From: Thermoplasmata archaeon
GTDB lineage: Archaea; Thermoplasmatota; E2; DHVEG-1
Direction of reading: 5' to 3'
DNA: 64,000 bases
Assembly (NCBI GenBank): GCA_020054475.1
Contig: JAHWGJ010000003.1
Location: 30,141-94,140 of the forward strand
A program made the translations under genes and the position numbers. Shown here piece after piece: positions 37,255 to 47,687 of the stretch. The notes under the pieces are model-generated. The model was not told where the DNA came from, searched no databases, and worked only from the letters and a program-made list of their open reading frames with translations. How positions within the stretch are numbered: the stretch's first letter is position 1; each line of letters starts with the position of its first letter.

Positions 37255-38541
37255 ATGAATTTCAATAGTGCCTTAAAATGGATTAATGGTTTTCAAAAAT
37301 TTGGTATTAAATTAGGGTTAGATAGAATTAAATATATAATGGATGAACTAGAAAATCCTCAAGGAAATTATAAAATAATTCATGTTGCCGGTTCTAATGG
37401 TAAAGGCAGTGTATGTAATTATATCTCGTCAGTATTAAATGAATCAGGCTATAGGGTTGGAAAATATACCTCACCTCATCTACATAATATAAAAGAACGT
37501 ATAACCATAAATAATCAAAAAATTTCCAATATTGATTTTGCAAATATAACAACAAAAATAAAACATATTGAAGAAAAAATGATCGGAAAATATGATAAAC
37601 CCACATATTTTGAAATATTGACAGCGATTTCTTTTCAATATTTTAAAGAAAAAAAAGTTGATTATGCAATAGTAGAAGTAGGACTTGGAGGAAAATATGA
37701 TGCAACAAATATTGTTTCTCCTTTGATTTCAATTATCACAAACATATCATTAGAACATCAAAACATTTTAGGAAAAAAAATAACTCAAATTGCTGATCAA
37801 AAAGCAGGTATAATAAAAGAAAAAACACCGATATTTACCGCTGCAAAAGATAAATCTTTACAAATAATTAAAAAAATTGCTGATGAAAAAAAATCTCCTA
37901 TTTATGTAATAAAAAATAAAAATTATATTCGATTAAAAAATAACTTAAAATTTCAAGAATTTCAAATTAAAGGCTTATTAAAAGAGTATAGAGTTAAAAC
38001 TAAGTTATTAGGAAAATATCAAGGAGAAAACATAACTTTAGCAATTATATCATTAGAATATTTACAAAATTATGGTGCCAATATAGATGAAGATTGGATT
38101 GAATCGGGTATTGAAAAAACAAATAATCCTGGTAGAATGGAAATTATTCAAAAAGAACCTATAGTTATATTAGACGGAGCTCACAATCCAAAAGGAATTA
38201 AACTATTAATTGAAACATTAAAAAATGATTTTGAATATAATAAATTAATATTTATTTTAGGTGTTTTAAAAGATAAAAACATAAAATCCATGATTCCCTC
38301 AATAATTAAAAATTCTGATTTAATAATAACTACCCAATCAAATAATAATCGCGCATTAGAAGCAATACATCTAAAAAAAATAATAAAAAAATATGACAAT
38401 CAGAAAAAAGTAATTAATAAAAATAAAATAAAAGATGCAATAAAATATGGCTTATCAATAACAAAAAATAAAGATCTAATTTGCATTACAGGATCTCTTT
38501 ATACAGTCGCAGAAGCCAGAGATTATTTTAAAAAATTATAA
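37255..38541 (+). CDS. folC: Folylpolyglutamate synthase / dihydrofolate synthase FolC
   Basis: Mur-ligase P-loop HVAGSNGKGS, plus TSPHL and VEVGLGGKYDATN. Confidence 0.88.
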   Translation: MNFNSALKWINGFQKFGIKLGLDRIKYIMDELENPQGNYKIIHVAGSNGKGSVCNYISSVLNESGYRVGKYTSPHLHNIKERITINNQKISNIDFANITTKIKHIEEKMIGKYDKPTYFEILTAISFQYFKEKKVDYAIVEVGLGGKYDATNIVSPLISIITNISLEHQNILGKKITQIADQKAGIIKEKTPIFTAAKDKSLQIIKKIADEKKSPIYVIKNKNYIRLKNNLKFQEFQIKGLLKEYRVKTKLLGKYQGENITLAIISLEYLQNYGANIDEDWIESGIEKTNNPGRMEIIQKEPIVILDGAHNPKGIKLLIETLKNDFEYNKLIFILGVLKDKNIKSMIPSIIKNSDLIITTQSNNNRALEAIHLKKIIKKYDNQKKVINKNKIKDAIKYGLSITKNKDLICITGSLYTVAEARDYFKKL

Positions 38542-38575
38542 AAGCAACTAGTATTTATCAATAATACAATAAAAT

Positions 38576-38779
38576 ATGTTTGAAAATAGAAGTGAAAAAC
38601 AATTAATAATAATATATGCAATAATTGCAGTTTTAATCTCAATAGTTTTATCAATTGTACATTATTTTCAAAATTTCCACCCATATTATATAATAATTGC
38701 AGCAAATATTGAATTTTTCTGTATATTCTATATTCTATATCTACCCTTGAAAATAAAGAAATCCAGAGAAAAAAAATAA
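38576..38779 (+). CDS. Small 2-TM membrane protein, hypothetical
   Basis: 67 aa and hydrophobic, sitting between folC and the folP-coupled gene. Confidence 0.3.
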   Translation: MFENRSEKQLIIIYAIIAVLISIVLSIVHYFQNFHPYYIIIAANIEFFCIFYILYLPLKIKKSREKK

Positions 38780-38843
38780 AAATTTAAGATACAAATAATT
38801 GAAATATAAAAACAATATACATTTTTTAGTGGTAAATAATAAT

Positions 38844-39194
38844 ATGCAAATAATTGAAATAAAAACACTTGAAGAAGCAAAAAAAGAAATAAAAGAAATT
38901 GGCAGTGATCCGAAAAGTATTGAAATAATGGCACCAAAAATAATATCAAAAGTAATCAAAGTCAATAATGTAGTACTTCAAGATGCAATAATAATAAAAC
39001 AAGATATGCTATCTATAGGTGGTGAAGTTGCAGTACCGAAAAATACTTTCAAATTACATGAAAAAACAGGTGATATTTTAATCATAGGAAATTTAAAACA
39101 AATTAAAGATTTAATAATAAAATTAAATAGACATTACCCGAGATTAAAAAAAATTTCAGAGGAACTCTCAATTTTAATTAAAGATGTTAAATGA
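38844..39194 (+). CDS. Uncharacterised protein translationally coupled to folP
   Basis: About 116 aa from the ATG at 38844. Its stop overlaps the folP ATG (ATGA at 39191). The segment AIIIKQDMLSIGGEVAVPKN resembles N-terminal extensions I recall on some long dihydropteroate synthases. That resemblance is from memory and unverified. Confidence 0.45.
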   Translation: MQIIEIKTLEEAKKEIKEIGSDPKSIEIMAPKIISKVIKVNNVVLQDAIIIKQDMLSIGGEVAVPKNTFKLHEKTGDILIIGNLKQIKDLIIKLNRHYPRLKKISEELSILIKDVK

Positions 39195-40078
39195 ATAATA
39201 TAAATATTGGTGAAAAAACATTTAATATAAAACAAAAAACAATTTTAATAGGAATATTAAATGTAACGCCAGATTCTTTCTCAGATGGTGAAAAATTTTT
39301 TTCAAAAGAAAAAGCTATCAAACAAGCTATATTAATGGAAAAACAAGGTGCAGATATAATTGATATAGGCGGAGAATCAACTAGACCAGGTGCAAACAAA
39401 ATATCAGAAAAAGAAGAAATTAATAGAATTATACCTATAATAGATGAAATAAATAAAAAAACAAATATTCCAATTTCTGTCGATACCTACAAATCAAAAG
39501 TCGCTAAAAAAGCAATTGATGCAGGAGCCTCAATGATTAATGATATAACAGCATTAAGAGGCGATAAATCTCTAGTAAAAATAATCAGTGAATATGAAAC
39601 TACAATCTGCTTAATGCATATGAAAGGACATCCAAAAAACATGCAAAAAAATCCAGTATATTCAAATATAATAAAAGAAATTTATACATTTCTAAAAGAA
39701 AGAACTGAATTTGCAATAAAAAATAAAATAAAAAAAGAAAAAATGATAATTGACCCCGGAATAGGTTTTGGTAAAAGAACAGGTCAAGGCATAGAAGATA
39801 ATTGTGAAATTTTAAGGAATCTTAAAAAACTTAAAGAATTAAATTTTCCAATAATGATCGGAGCTTCAAGAAAAACTTTTATTGGAAATATAAGTGGATA
39901 TAATGAAAATCTTAAGATAAATCAAAGATTAGAGGGGAGTTTAGCAGCAGCATGTATCGCAGTTTTAAATGGAGCAGATATAATTAGAGCACATGATATA
40001 AAGGAAACTCGTAGATGTTTAAATCTCATAGATTACGTAATTAGAAATAAAAAAAAAAGAAATATTTTGGAAAAATGA
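39191..40078 (+). CDS. folP: Dihydropteroate synthase FolP
   Basis: GILNVTPDSFSDG, DIGGESTRPG, SVDTYK, INDI and GASRK motifs. Confidence 0.92.
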   Translation: MNNINIGEKTFNIKQKTILIGILNVTPDSFSDGEKFFSKEKAIKQAILMEKQGADIIDIGGESTRPGANKISEKEEINRIIPIIDEINKKTNIPISVDTYKSKVAKKAIDAGASMINDITALRGDKSLVKIISEYETTICLMHMKGHPKNMQKNPVYSNIIKEIYTFLKERTEFAIKNKIKKEKMIIDPGIGFGKRTGQGIEDNCEILRNLKKLKELNFPIMIGASRKTFIGNISGYNENLKINQRLEGSLAAACIAVLNGADIIRAHDIKETRRCLNLIDYVIRNKKKRNILEK

Positions 40079-40083
40079 TGTAC

Positions 40084-40512
40084 TTAATTTAACAAAATAA
40101 ATGGACCAATAACCAATCCATTAACTGTTCTTGAAACTTCATTTGCATTTGACGCTGATGCTGTAACAGTAATTTCTATATTTCCAAAACCAATTATGAA
40201 ACCTGCCTCTAAAGAATTTTCAGTTTTAATTCCACCAGATGCAAGAGTTGTTCCACATTGACTACATCCGCCACAATCATGCTGAACATCAATATTATTA
40301 AAAATTCCACCAGTTACATAAATTGATATACTTATTTCTTCAGCTATTGAACCACCAATATTTTTAACATCAGTTTCAATTCCACCTAATAAGGTTCTAA
40401 TATCATTAATTTCAAGCTCAGTATCCACCATATTCCCACTTAAAGAAGAAGGCATAAAACTAATTATTAAAATAAAGCCGATACATAATCCACTAATCAT
40501 TGTAATTTTCAT
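40084..40512 (-). CDS. Small secreted protein consisting of a CARDB-like domain ending GPFILLN
   Basis: Signal peptide MKITMISGLCIGFILIISF. The ATG at 40512 is preceded by AGGAGA. The mature part aligns with the C-terminal 100 aa of the 4306..5826 product. Confidence 0.6.
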   Translation of the reverse strand: MKITMISGLCIGFILIISFMPSSLSGNMVDTELEINDIRTLLGGIETDVKNIGGSIAEEISISIYVTGGIFNNIDVQHDCGGCSQCGTTLASGGIKTENSLEAGFIIGFGNIEITVTASASNANEVSRTVNGLVIGPFILLN

Positions 40513-40671
40513 ATTATTTCTCCTTTTTCCACTTTTTAACAATTGTTAAGATTATATTAGTAAAGATATATTTATATATTTCCTAAAATAATTTAATTCA
40601 AATTAATACAATTCACAATATAAAAAATAACAAAAATAATATTTTATCAAAAAATAATAAAAATTTTAGAA

Positions 40672-41439
40672 TTAACCATACATTTGACTTGGAGATGAAC
40701 TTGAAACAGGTGCAGTAGGTTTAGATTGTTCCATAAACTTTTTAATATTCTCCTCAATATTCTCTGCCTCCTCATATAATGGAGTAGGATCAATTTTTAT
40801 TAATGGAAGCATTATATCCAATTTTTCCAATAAAGCAGCAGCAGCTCTAGAATCTGGATAAGATGAATGTGCTTCAGCTAATAAACAAATAACATCCTGT
40901 TTTAATAACACCCCCTCATAAAGAAGAACGCCAGTTACACCAGTAATCATGCCTTCTTTTGTTACTTTTATTTTATGTTTTTTTAATATTTGAGTCATTT
41001 TACTATTACTACCAACCCCAAATATATTAACATTTTTTTCTTTCCTATCACCAATCGCATGGGTACCTTCTATAGTAGTAATCATTTTACATTTTTTTTC
41101 TTTTGACCATTGAAATATTTTATCTGTTAAAGGTTTAATGATTTCTAATGGTGGCATAAATTCTGAAATAATAACAGTTAATTGTTCACATGATCCATCT
41201 GGACCACAAATTTTTTTCCCTGCATAAATTCTAACTGGGGGCGATGGCTTGGATTTATGAATGATGGCTGTTGGCGAAAAAAATCTTGATACTATTGATC
41301 CAACTTCTTCAAGTTTTAAAGTATCAATAATATAATGTCCAACTATTGAACTGATTAAACCAACAGTCGGGAAAGCAACTATAAGCATAGAATTTGATAA
41401 ATCAAGATCTTTATTCTCAAAAAATTCAATATCATCCAT
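40672..41439 (-). CDS. PAC2-family proteasome assembly chaperone (PbaA/B-like)
   Basis: LIVAFPTVGLISSIVGHYIIDTL... N-terminal pattern and a C-terminal tail ending in a hydrophobic-Tyr-X motif (QMYG), typical of proteasome-activating HbYX tails. Confidence 0.7.
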   Translation of the reverse strand: MDDIEFFENKDLDLSNSMLIVAFPTVGLISSIVGHYIIDTLKLEEVGSIVSRFFSPTAIIHKSKPSPPVRIYAGKKICGPDGSCEQLTVIISEFMPPLEIIKPLTDKIFQWSKEKKCKMITTIEGTHAIGDRKEKNVNIFGVGSNSKMTQILKKHKIKVTKEGMITGVTGVLLYEGVLLKQDVICLLAEAHSSYPDSRAAAALLEKLDIMLPLIKIDPTPLYEEAENIEENIKKFMEQSKPTAPVSSSSPSQMYG

Positions 41440-41652
41440 TTAAATCAAAAACATATATACTTTAACTATTAAAAAAAATTTTTGACAAATCTTTTAATAA
41501 TTTAAAAAAAAAATTAAGAGTTTGATATTGTTAATAAAAGGAAATCATCATTTATTAGTAATTAATAATGAAAAAATATTAAATTTATCTTATATGAGAA
41601 TAATCTTTTATATGGAAGATATATTATATTAATCATAAGAGGGGGGAAAAAA

Positions 41653-42936
41653 TTGAAAAAAATAATTGGAATTTTTATATGTATTATACTAGTTTGCACT
41701 ATAATACCTGTTAAAATAAATGCTACTGATAATTATAATTTAGTAGAAAAACAGGCGTATAATATTATTGATATGATTAATGAAGTAAACAAATCAGTAA
41801 TATCAAAATATCTTAATGAATTAGTTGAATTTGGACCAAGATATACAGGAACAGAACGCTGTAATGATGCTGCACAATACATATTTGATGAATTTAATAA
41901 ACTAGATTTAGACGTTTACTTTGACGAATGGGAATATATTCAATATAAAAGTAAAAATATTGTAGCAACCCTAAATGGTACTGATTCGAATAGTGATGCG
42001 GAATTCATTATTTGCGCCCACTATGATACAACAAAAACAAGCCCTGGAGCAAATGATGATGGATCTGGAATTGCAGCAATGCTTTCAATTGCAAATATAT
42101 GTAGCAAATATTCATTTAATTATACACTTCGATTTATTGCATTTTCAGGAGAAGAAATTGGAACATATGGAAGTTATGCTTATGCAAAAAAAGCATACTA
42201 TAAAGGAGAAAATATAATTGCTGTTTTAAATCTTGAAACATTTGGATATACTAGTGGAGAAGGAAAAGAATTATTTATATTAAAAACAAAAAGAACCGAA
42301 TGGCTATCTCAATTTTCTATTGAAATTTCTGAAAAATATTATCAATACCATAATTTAAATTTAATACCAATAGGTAATAGACCATGTGATCATCAACCGT
42401 TTCTTGATTTCGGATATGACGCATTGCAATATGTACAATTAAATAGAGATGATTATCCGCTACATACACCTGAAGATTCAATTGATAAAATAAATTTTAA
42501 TTATCTTACAAATGTAACAAAATTAATACTAACAATTGTAGTTGAGCTTATTGAAAAAAAGTTAGATGTTCAAATTAGAATAACGACTCCATATGAAGGA
42601 TATTTCTATTTTATGGATAAACCAATACTTAAATTACCTGGAATTAATAAATTGTCTAAATTAGGACTTAGAGGAATGACATATATTCTTGGAAAAACAA
42701 TAGTAAGAGTCAATGTTACTTCTCAATCAGAAATTGAAAGTGTATTTTTTGGAATCGATGGGGTATCATTTTTTTATGCTGAGGTTAAAGAACCAACATA
42801 TGAATGGAAAATAGAAAAATCAGTATGGCAAAAATTACCTTTATTAGGAAAACATACTATTAATGTTCATGTATGGACTAAGGATAAAAAAGTAGCATAT
42901 GATGAGATGGATATATTAGTTCTACAGTTTTTATAA
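41653..42936 (+). CDS. Secreted M28-family aminopeptidase, paralog 2, with a C-terminal beta-sandwich-like extension
   Basis: HYDTTKTSPGANDDGSGIAAML and FSGEEIGTYGS motifs plus a signal peptide. It starts at a TTG preceded by GAGGGGGG. Confidence 0.85.
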   Translation: MKKIIGIFICIILVCTIIPVKINATDNYNLVEKQAYNIIDMINEVNKSVISKYLNELVEFGPRYTGTERCNDAAQYIFDEFNKLDLDVYFDEWEYIQYKSKNIVATLNGTDSNSDAEFIICAHYDTTKTSPGANDDGSGIAAMLSIANICSKYSFNYTLRFIAFSGEEIGTYGSYAYAKKAYYKGENIIAVLNLETFGYTSGEGKELFILKTKRTEWLSQFSIEISEKYYQYHNLNLIPIGNRPCDHQPFLDFGYDALQYVQLNRDDYPLHTPEDSIDKINFNYLTNVTKLILTIVVELIEKKLDVQIRITTPYEGYFYFMDKPILKLPGINKLSKLGLRGMTYILGKTIVRVNVTSQSEIESVFFGIDGVSFFYAEVKEPTYEWKIEKSVWQKLPLLGKHTINVHVWTKDKKVAYDEMDILVLQFL

Positions 42937-42999
42937 AATTAAATTATCATTTTCATATACATTATTAAAATGGAATAAAAATATGAGGATATTTGAAAA

Positions 43000-43482
43000 C
43001 TAATTTTTATTCAAATTTTTTTTTAAAAATGATATAATTTCATTAATGTCAGGTAATTGAGAAATTTCATAGATTTTTGCATAAATTATTTTCTGATTTT
43101 CATCAATTATAATATTTGCTCTTTCAGAAAAACCTTCTTTTTCTCTAAAGATATGATATAATTTTGCAACTTCCCCATGAGGCCAAAAATCAGATAATAA
43201 ACTTGTATTTTTGATATTGAGAGATTTTGCCCATGCATTTTTAGAAGGTATGGAATCAATATTTATTCCAACAGCAATAGTGTTTAATTCTTTAAAGGTT
43301 TCATAATTTTTTTCTAATGATTTCATCTGTTCAGCACAGATACCTGTCCATGCAAGAGGATGAAATGATAATAAGATTTTTTTACCTTTAAAATCTGATA
43401 ATTTAAACTCTTCTTTATTATGATCCTTTAAAATAAAATTAAAGGCTTTCTTATCTACTAGATTTTTTTCTTCATTAGTCAT
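43000..43482 (-). CDS. Peroxiredoxin (AhpC/TSA-redoxin family)
   Basis: 160 aa with FHPLAWTGICAEQ, the peroxidatic Cys context. Confidence 0.75.
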   Translation of the reverse strand: MTNEEKNLVDKKAFNFILKDHNKEEFKLSDFKGKKILLSFHPLAWTGICAEQMKSLEKNYETFKELNTIAVGINIDSIPSKNAWAKSLNIKNTSLLSDFWPHGEVAKLYHIFREKEGFSERANIIIDENQKIIYAKIYEISQLPDINEIISFLKKNLNKN

Positions 43483-43494
43483 ATTAAAACCACA

Positions 43495-43932
43495 TCAGTT
43501 TATTTCATTTAGTCTATCAATAATCAATTTTTTATCTGAATCAGATAATGACTGATCTAATTTTGGATATACCTCATTTTCTTCGAAAATTTTGTGATTA
43601 ATTAAAACTTTTTTAAACTTGAAAAATCCATCGATTTTATTCTTATTAACTAAATCTTTTCTCCAGTTAGATAATTGATTTAAGATAAAATTATGCTGTT
43701 TTGTAAGCTCAGGAAGCATTCGATATCCTTCTGTAACATCCTCAGGATTATAGTTTGTAAATATTACCTTTTCTTCAGAAAAAATATGTTTTTCTAACTT
43801 CCATTCAAATTTTGTAAATGATTTTTTCATCACTTCATAATCTTTATCAATATCTCTTTCAAAATCATCCATTAATTTTTCAATTATATTATGATCGTTA
43901 ACCATTCGTGGCATAATATTATTATCACTCAT
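43495..43932 (-). CDS. Hemerythrin-like (HHE cation-binding) domain protein
   Basis: 145 aa with spaced H/E ligand motifs (DHNIIEKLMDDF, EKHIFSEEKV, QHNFI, NHKIFEENEVYP). Confidence 0.65.
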   Translation of the reverse strand: MSDNNIMPRMVNDHNIIEKLMDDFERDIDKDYEVMKKSFTKFEWKLEKHIFSEEKVIFTNYNPEDVTEGYRMLPELTKQHNFILNQLSNWRKDLVNKNKIDGFFKFKKVLINHKIFEENEVYPKLDQSLSDSDKKLIIDRLNEIN

Positions 43933-43950
43933 TTTTTCACCATCTAAAAA

Positions 43951-44796
43951 TTAAATCCATTCTTCTTTGAGAATATCTCCTTTAATACTTACAATTATTG
44001 ATTTAATTGGTATTTTCCTATTTGCCTTCCTAGATGCTTCTCTTGCAAGATTTAATAATCCGCTGCAACAAGGCACTTCCATTGTCATAACTGTAAGAGT
44101 ATTAATTTTTGCGTTATCAATTAAAGATATTAATTTTGATAAATAGATTTCAATATTTGAATCAAGTTTAGGACAAGCTATCGAAATACTTCTATTTTTT
44201 AGATATTTTTCATGAAAATTCGCCATTGAATAAGCAACACAATCAGCAACTAATATAACATCTTTTGATTGAAAATATGGTGCATTAGGAGGGACTAAGT
44301 GTAATTGAATAGGCCATTGTCTCAATTGAGATTTTGTATCAATTGAATCTACATCTTCATTCTGTTTTTCATTTGAAAAATCCATTACTTTTGATCCGGG
44401 GCATGCAGAAAAATTACATTCTTTATTAACATCTTTCTCTTCTAACTCAATTTCAATTTCTTTTTCTTTCAATACTTCCATTGCTTCATTATAGTAATCT
44501 ACTTCCCCGTGCTCTTTTAAATGTTTTAAGTGGGCAATTATTGTATTTTTGCCCGCTTTAACAATATTTCCCATCGTTTTTCTCTCACTATACTCTTCAG
44601 CCTCTCTTTCCTCAGTTGTAATTGCATCTTGAGGACAATGTCCAATACAAGCCCCAAGACCATCACAAAAAATATCGCTAATTAATCTTGCTTTTCCATC
44701 GATAATTTGAATAGCTCCTTCAGGACAATTTGGAATACAAACTCCACATCCATTACATTTATCTTCATCAATTTTTATTATTTTTCTTTTCAGCAT
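43951..44796 (-). CDS. 4Fe-4S dicluster protein with a Cys-rich C-terminal domain (Hcp-associated)
   Basis: CNGCGVCIPNCP and CDGLGACIGHCP ferredoxin motifs. The C-terminal part has ADCVAYS...CPKLD...VPCCSG. Confidence 0.75.
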   Translation of the reverse strand: MLKRKIIKIDEDKCNGCGVCIPNCPEGAIQIIDGKARLISDIFCDGLGACIGHCPQDAITTEEREAEEYSERKTMGNIVKAGKNTIIAHLKHLKEHGEVDYYNEAMEVLKEKEIEIELEEKDVNKECNFSACPGSKVMDFSNEKQNEDVDSIDTKSQLRQWPIQLHLVPPNAPYFQSKDVILVADCVAYSMANFHEKYLKNRSISIACPKLDSNIEIYLSKLISLIDNAKINTLTVMTMEVPCCSGLLNLAREASRKANRKIPIKSIIVSIKGDILKEEWI

Positions 44797-44805
44797 AAAA
44801 TTTAC

Positions 44806-46428
44806 CTATGCAACTAGTTTTAAATTTTTGAGATCATTTTCAATAGTAGTATTTGGTTTAATGTTAAAGTTTTCTACTAAAACATTCAAAACATTCTTTG
44901 ATACAAAAGCAGGTATTTTTGGACCAAGAATAATATTTTTTACACCAAGAGACAATAAAGCCAATAAAACTAAAAACGCCTTTTGTTCATACCATGCTAT
45001 ATTGTAAATAATTGGTAGGTCATTAATATCAACTTTTAATATCTCTGACAATTTCTTTGCTATAACGACCAACGAATACGAATCATTACATTGACCCGCA
45101 TCAATTACTCTTGGTATTCCACCAATATCCCCCAATTTCAATTTATTATACCGATATTTTGCACAACCTGCAGTAAGAATTACTGAATCACTTGGTAATC
45201 TCTTTGCAAATTCAGTATAATAATCTCTTTCCTTATGACGTCCATCACATCCTGCCATAACAACAAATTGTTTGATGTCACCAGATTTTATTGCATTTAA
45301 AATTTTATCTGCAGAGTTTATCAAAGTGTTATGAGCAAAACCAATTGTAATATTCCCCTCCTCAAGTTTTTCGGGGGATTTACATTTTTTTGCATGATTA
45401 ATAATTGAAGAAAAATCTTTCTGTTTACCCTTTGTTCGTTCAGGAATATATTTTAAATCTTCAAAACCAACAACGCCTGTTAAATACACTCTATCCTTAT
45501 AAGATTCTTTTGGAGGAACTAAACAATTTGATGTCAAAAGAATTGGCCCATTAAATTTATCAAATTCATCCTTTTGTTTCCACCATGAATTACCATAATT
45601 TCCAATAAAATGTTTATATTTTTTAAAATATGGATAAGCATTTGAAGGTAACATTTCACCATGAGTATAAACATCTACACCAGTTCCTTCAGTTTGATAA
45701 AGTAATTCTTCAAGATCCTTTAGATCATGACCACTAATTAATATACCCGGATTATTTCCTACCCCAATATTAACATTAGTTGGTTCAGGATGACCATATG
45801 ACGAGGTATTAGCATCATCTAATAATGCCATTGTTTTTATACCATATTCTCCACATTTAAGCACAAGACTCGTTAATTCATCTGCCGATAAATTTTTAAT
45901 TGTAGCTGATAAACCTTCCTGCATAAAATCAAAAATTTCTTGATCTTTTTTACCCAGTTCATATGCATGATGTATATAAGCCGCCATTCCTTTTAAACCA
46001 TATGTTAAAAGTTGTCGAAGTGATCTAATATCCTCATTATCTGTTGATAAAACTCCAACTTCTCTTGCTTTTTTTAATATATCTTCATCATCTTTTGGAG
46101 TCCATGTAACTGCATCATAATCATGATTTATTGATATTTCATTATTAATTTCATCTCTTAATTTTATTGCTTCTTTAATTTTATTTAAAAAATATGTTTT
46201 ATTAAAATTAGTATTAGTTATTGTTGAAAATAATTCATTTGCAATAAATATATCCGCTTTTTCATTTTTTATGCCAAGTTTTTTTGCCTCAATATTACTG
46301 ATTGATATTCCTTTTAATACATATATTAGCATATCTTGTAAGATTGCAACTTCATCTTTTTTTCCACATACTCCTGCAACTGTACATCCTTCACCTTTAT
46401 TTGTTTCTTCACATTGATAACAAAACAT
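44806..46428 (-). CDS. hcp: Hybrid cluster protein / hydroxylamine reductase
   Basis: N-terminal MFCYQCEET...GCT..GVCGK cubane motif; about 540 aa. I prefer the start at 46428 over the track's 46443. Confidence 0.92.
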   Translation of the reverse strand: MFCYQCEETNKGEGCTVAGVCGKKDEVAILQDMLIYVLKGISISNIEAKKLGIKNEKADIFIANELFSTITNTNFNKTYFLNKIKEAIKLRDEINNEISINHDYDAVTWTPKDDEDILKKAREVGVLSTDNEDIRSLRQLLTYGLKGMAAYIHHAYELGKKDQEIFDFMQEGLSATIKNLSADELTSLVLKCGEYGIKTMALLDDANTSSYGHPEPTNVNIGVGNNPGILISGHDLKDLEELLYQTEGTGVDVYTHGEMLPSNAYPYFKKYKHFIGNYGNSWWKQKDEFDKFNGPILLTSNCLVPPKESYKDRVYLTGVVGFEDLKYIPERTKGKQKDFSSIINHAKKCKSPEKLEEGNITIGFAHNTLINSADKILNAIKSGDIKQFVVMAGCDGRHKERDYYTEFAKRLPSDSVILTAGCAKYRYNKLKLGDIGGIPRVIDAGQCNDSYSLVVIAKKLSEILKVDINDLPIIYNIAWYEQKAFLVLLALLSLGVKNIILGPKIPAFVSKNVLNVLVENFNIKPNTTIENDLKNLKLVA

Positions 46429-46532
46429 AATTTTACACCTCAAATTAATATATTTAACTTAAGTATCTTTTTTATACCAAATATGTAATATGTAGTTAAG
46501 TATTTATAGTTATTAGTTTCTATATAGATACC

Positions 46533-46892
46533 ATGGATGAAGATTGTACAGTATATAAAACAATGGAGTATCTCTCAAAAAAATGGTCACTAATAATCTT
46601 ATTAGAGATATATAGAGGAAAATATAACCAAAAAAGATATTCAGAAATAAAAAATAAAATTCCAAACATATCACCAAAAATATTATCATCAAGATTAAAA
46701 GAATTAGAAAAGGAGGGGATTATTAATAAAAAAATCGATACATCCACTTTTCCAGTCAAATGTGAATATTCACTAACAGGGAGTGGAGAGGATATTATCA
46801 ATATTATAAAAAATATAAAAAATTGGTCATTAAAGTGGAAAATAAAGAATCAGATATGTGAAGAAAAAAATTGTAAAGATTGTGATTTATAA
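46533..46892 (+). CDS. HxlR-family winged-helix transcriptional regulator
   Basis: CTVYKTMEYLSKKWSLIILLEI...YSEIKNKIPNISPKILSSRLKELEKEGII. It is divergent from hcp. Confidence 0.85.
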   Translation: MDEDCTVYKTMEYLSKKWSLIILLEIYRGKYNQKRYSEIKNKIPNISPKILSSRLKELEKEGIINKKIDTSTFPVKCEYSLTGSGEDIINIIKNIKNWSLKWKIKNQICEEKNCKDCDL

Positions 46893-46893
46893 T

Positions 46894-47271
46894 CTAAGAT
46901 TTCCACAATCCATGCATATTACAATATTCTCTTGCACTAACATTATCTGCTTCAATTAAAAATTCTGCCTCAGGTTTATCTCCGGGTTTTAAAAATTTTC
47001 TATATGCAACACCATCAGCTATTACTTGAATCCATTCTATATAATGCTCATCAGTCATTGGATGATCCTGATTTTGTCCAATTTTTACTAAAATTCCACT
47101 CATAGTTTTTTCAATATATGGAACATGTTTTTCAACAGATGAATCATCATTTTTTTCTTCAAGAAGTTTCATTTCTTCATTACAACACACTAGAGATCCA
47201 CCTCCAGTATGAAGAACCTCAACTATATTCCCACAAATTTCACATTTGTATATTTCTCTTAATTTAGTCAT
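46894..47271 (-). CDS. dfx: Desulfoferrodoxin (2Fe superoxide reductase)
   Basis: N-terminal desulforedoxin centre ([12 protein letters not shown]...LVCC) and a centre II region (KHVPYI...[11 protein letters not shown]...CNMHGLW). Confidence 0.9.
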   Translation of the reverse strand: MTKLREIYKCEICGNIVEVLHTGGGSLVCCNEEMKLLEEKNDDSSVEKHVPYIEKTMSGILVKIGQNQDHPMTDEHYIEWIQVIADGVAYRKFLKPGDKPEAEFLIEADNVSAREYCNMHGLWKS

Positions 47272-47283
47272 ATTATCATCCCT

Positions 47284-47664
47284 CTATTTCTTTTTATTTT
47301 TATAATCTTTAATTGCCTCTTGTAGGGCATCTGCAGCAAGATTTGAACAATGCATTTTTTGTGGAGGTAAACCATCTAATTCATTTGCAACATCATTTCT
47401 TGTAATTTTAAATGCTTCATCAACGTGTTTTCCTTTTGCTAACTCAGTAATCATACTGCTTGTAGCAATTGCAGATCCACACCCAAATGTTTTAAATTTA
47501 ATATCTGTAATTATATCATCTTTTATTTTGATATAAATCTCCATTAAATCCCCACAAACAGGATTTCCTACTTTTCCATATCCATCTGGATTCTCTATTA
47601 CACCAACATTTCTTGGATTTGTAAAATGCTCCATTACTTTCTTACTATAACCAACATTTGCCAT
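47284..47664 (-). CDS. iscU: Fe-S cluster scaffold IscU/NifU-like
   Basis: Three ligand cysteines in NPVCGD, FGCGSAIA and MHCS. Confidence 0.9.
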   Translation of the reverse strand: MANVGYSKKVMEHFTNPRNVGVIENPDGYGKVGNPVCGDLMEIYIKIKDDIITDIKFKTFGCGSAIATSSMITELAKGKHVDEAFKITRNDVANELDGLPPQKMHCSNLAADALQEAIKDYKNKKK

Positions 47665-47687
47665 TTTCTATAACCTCATTAATTATC

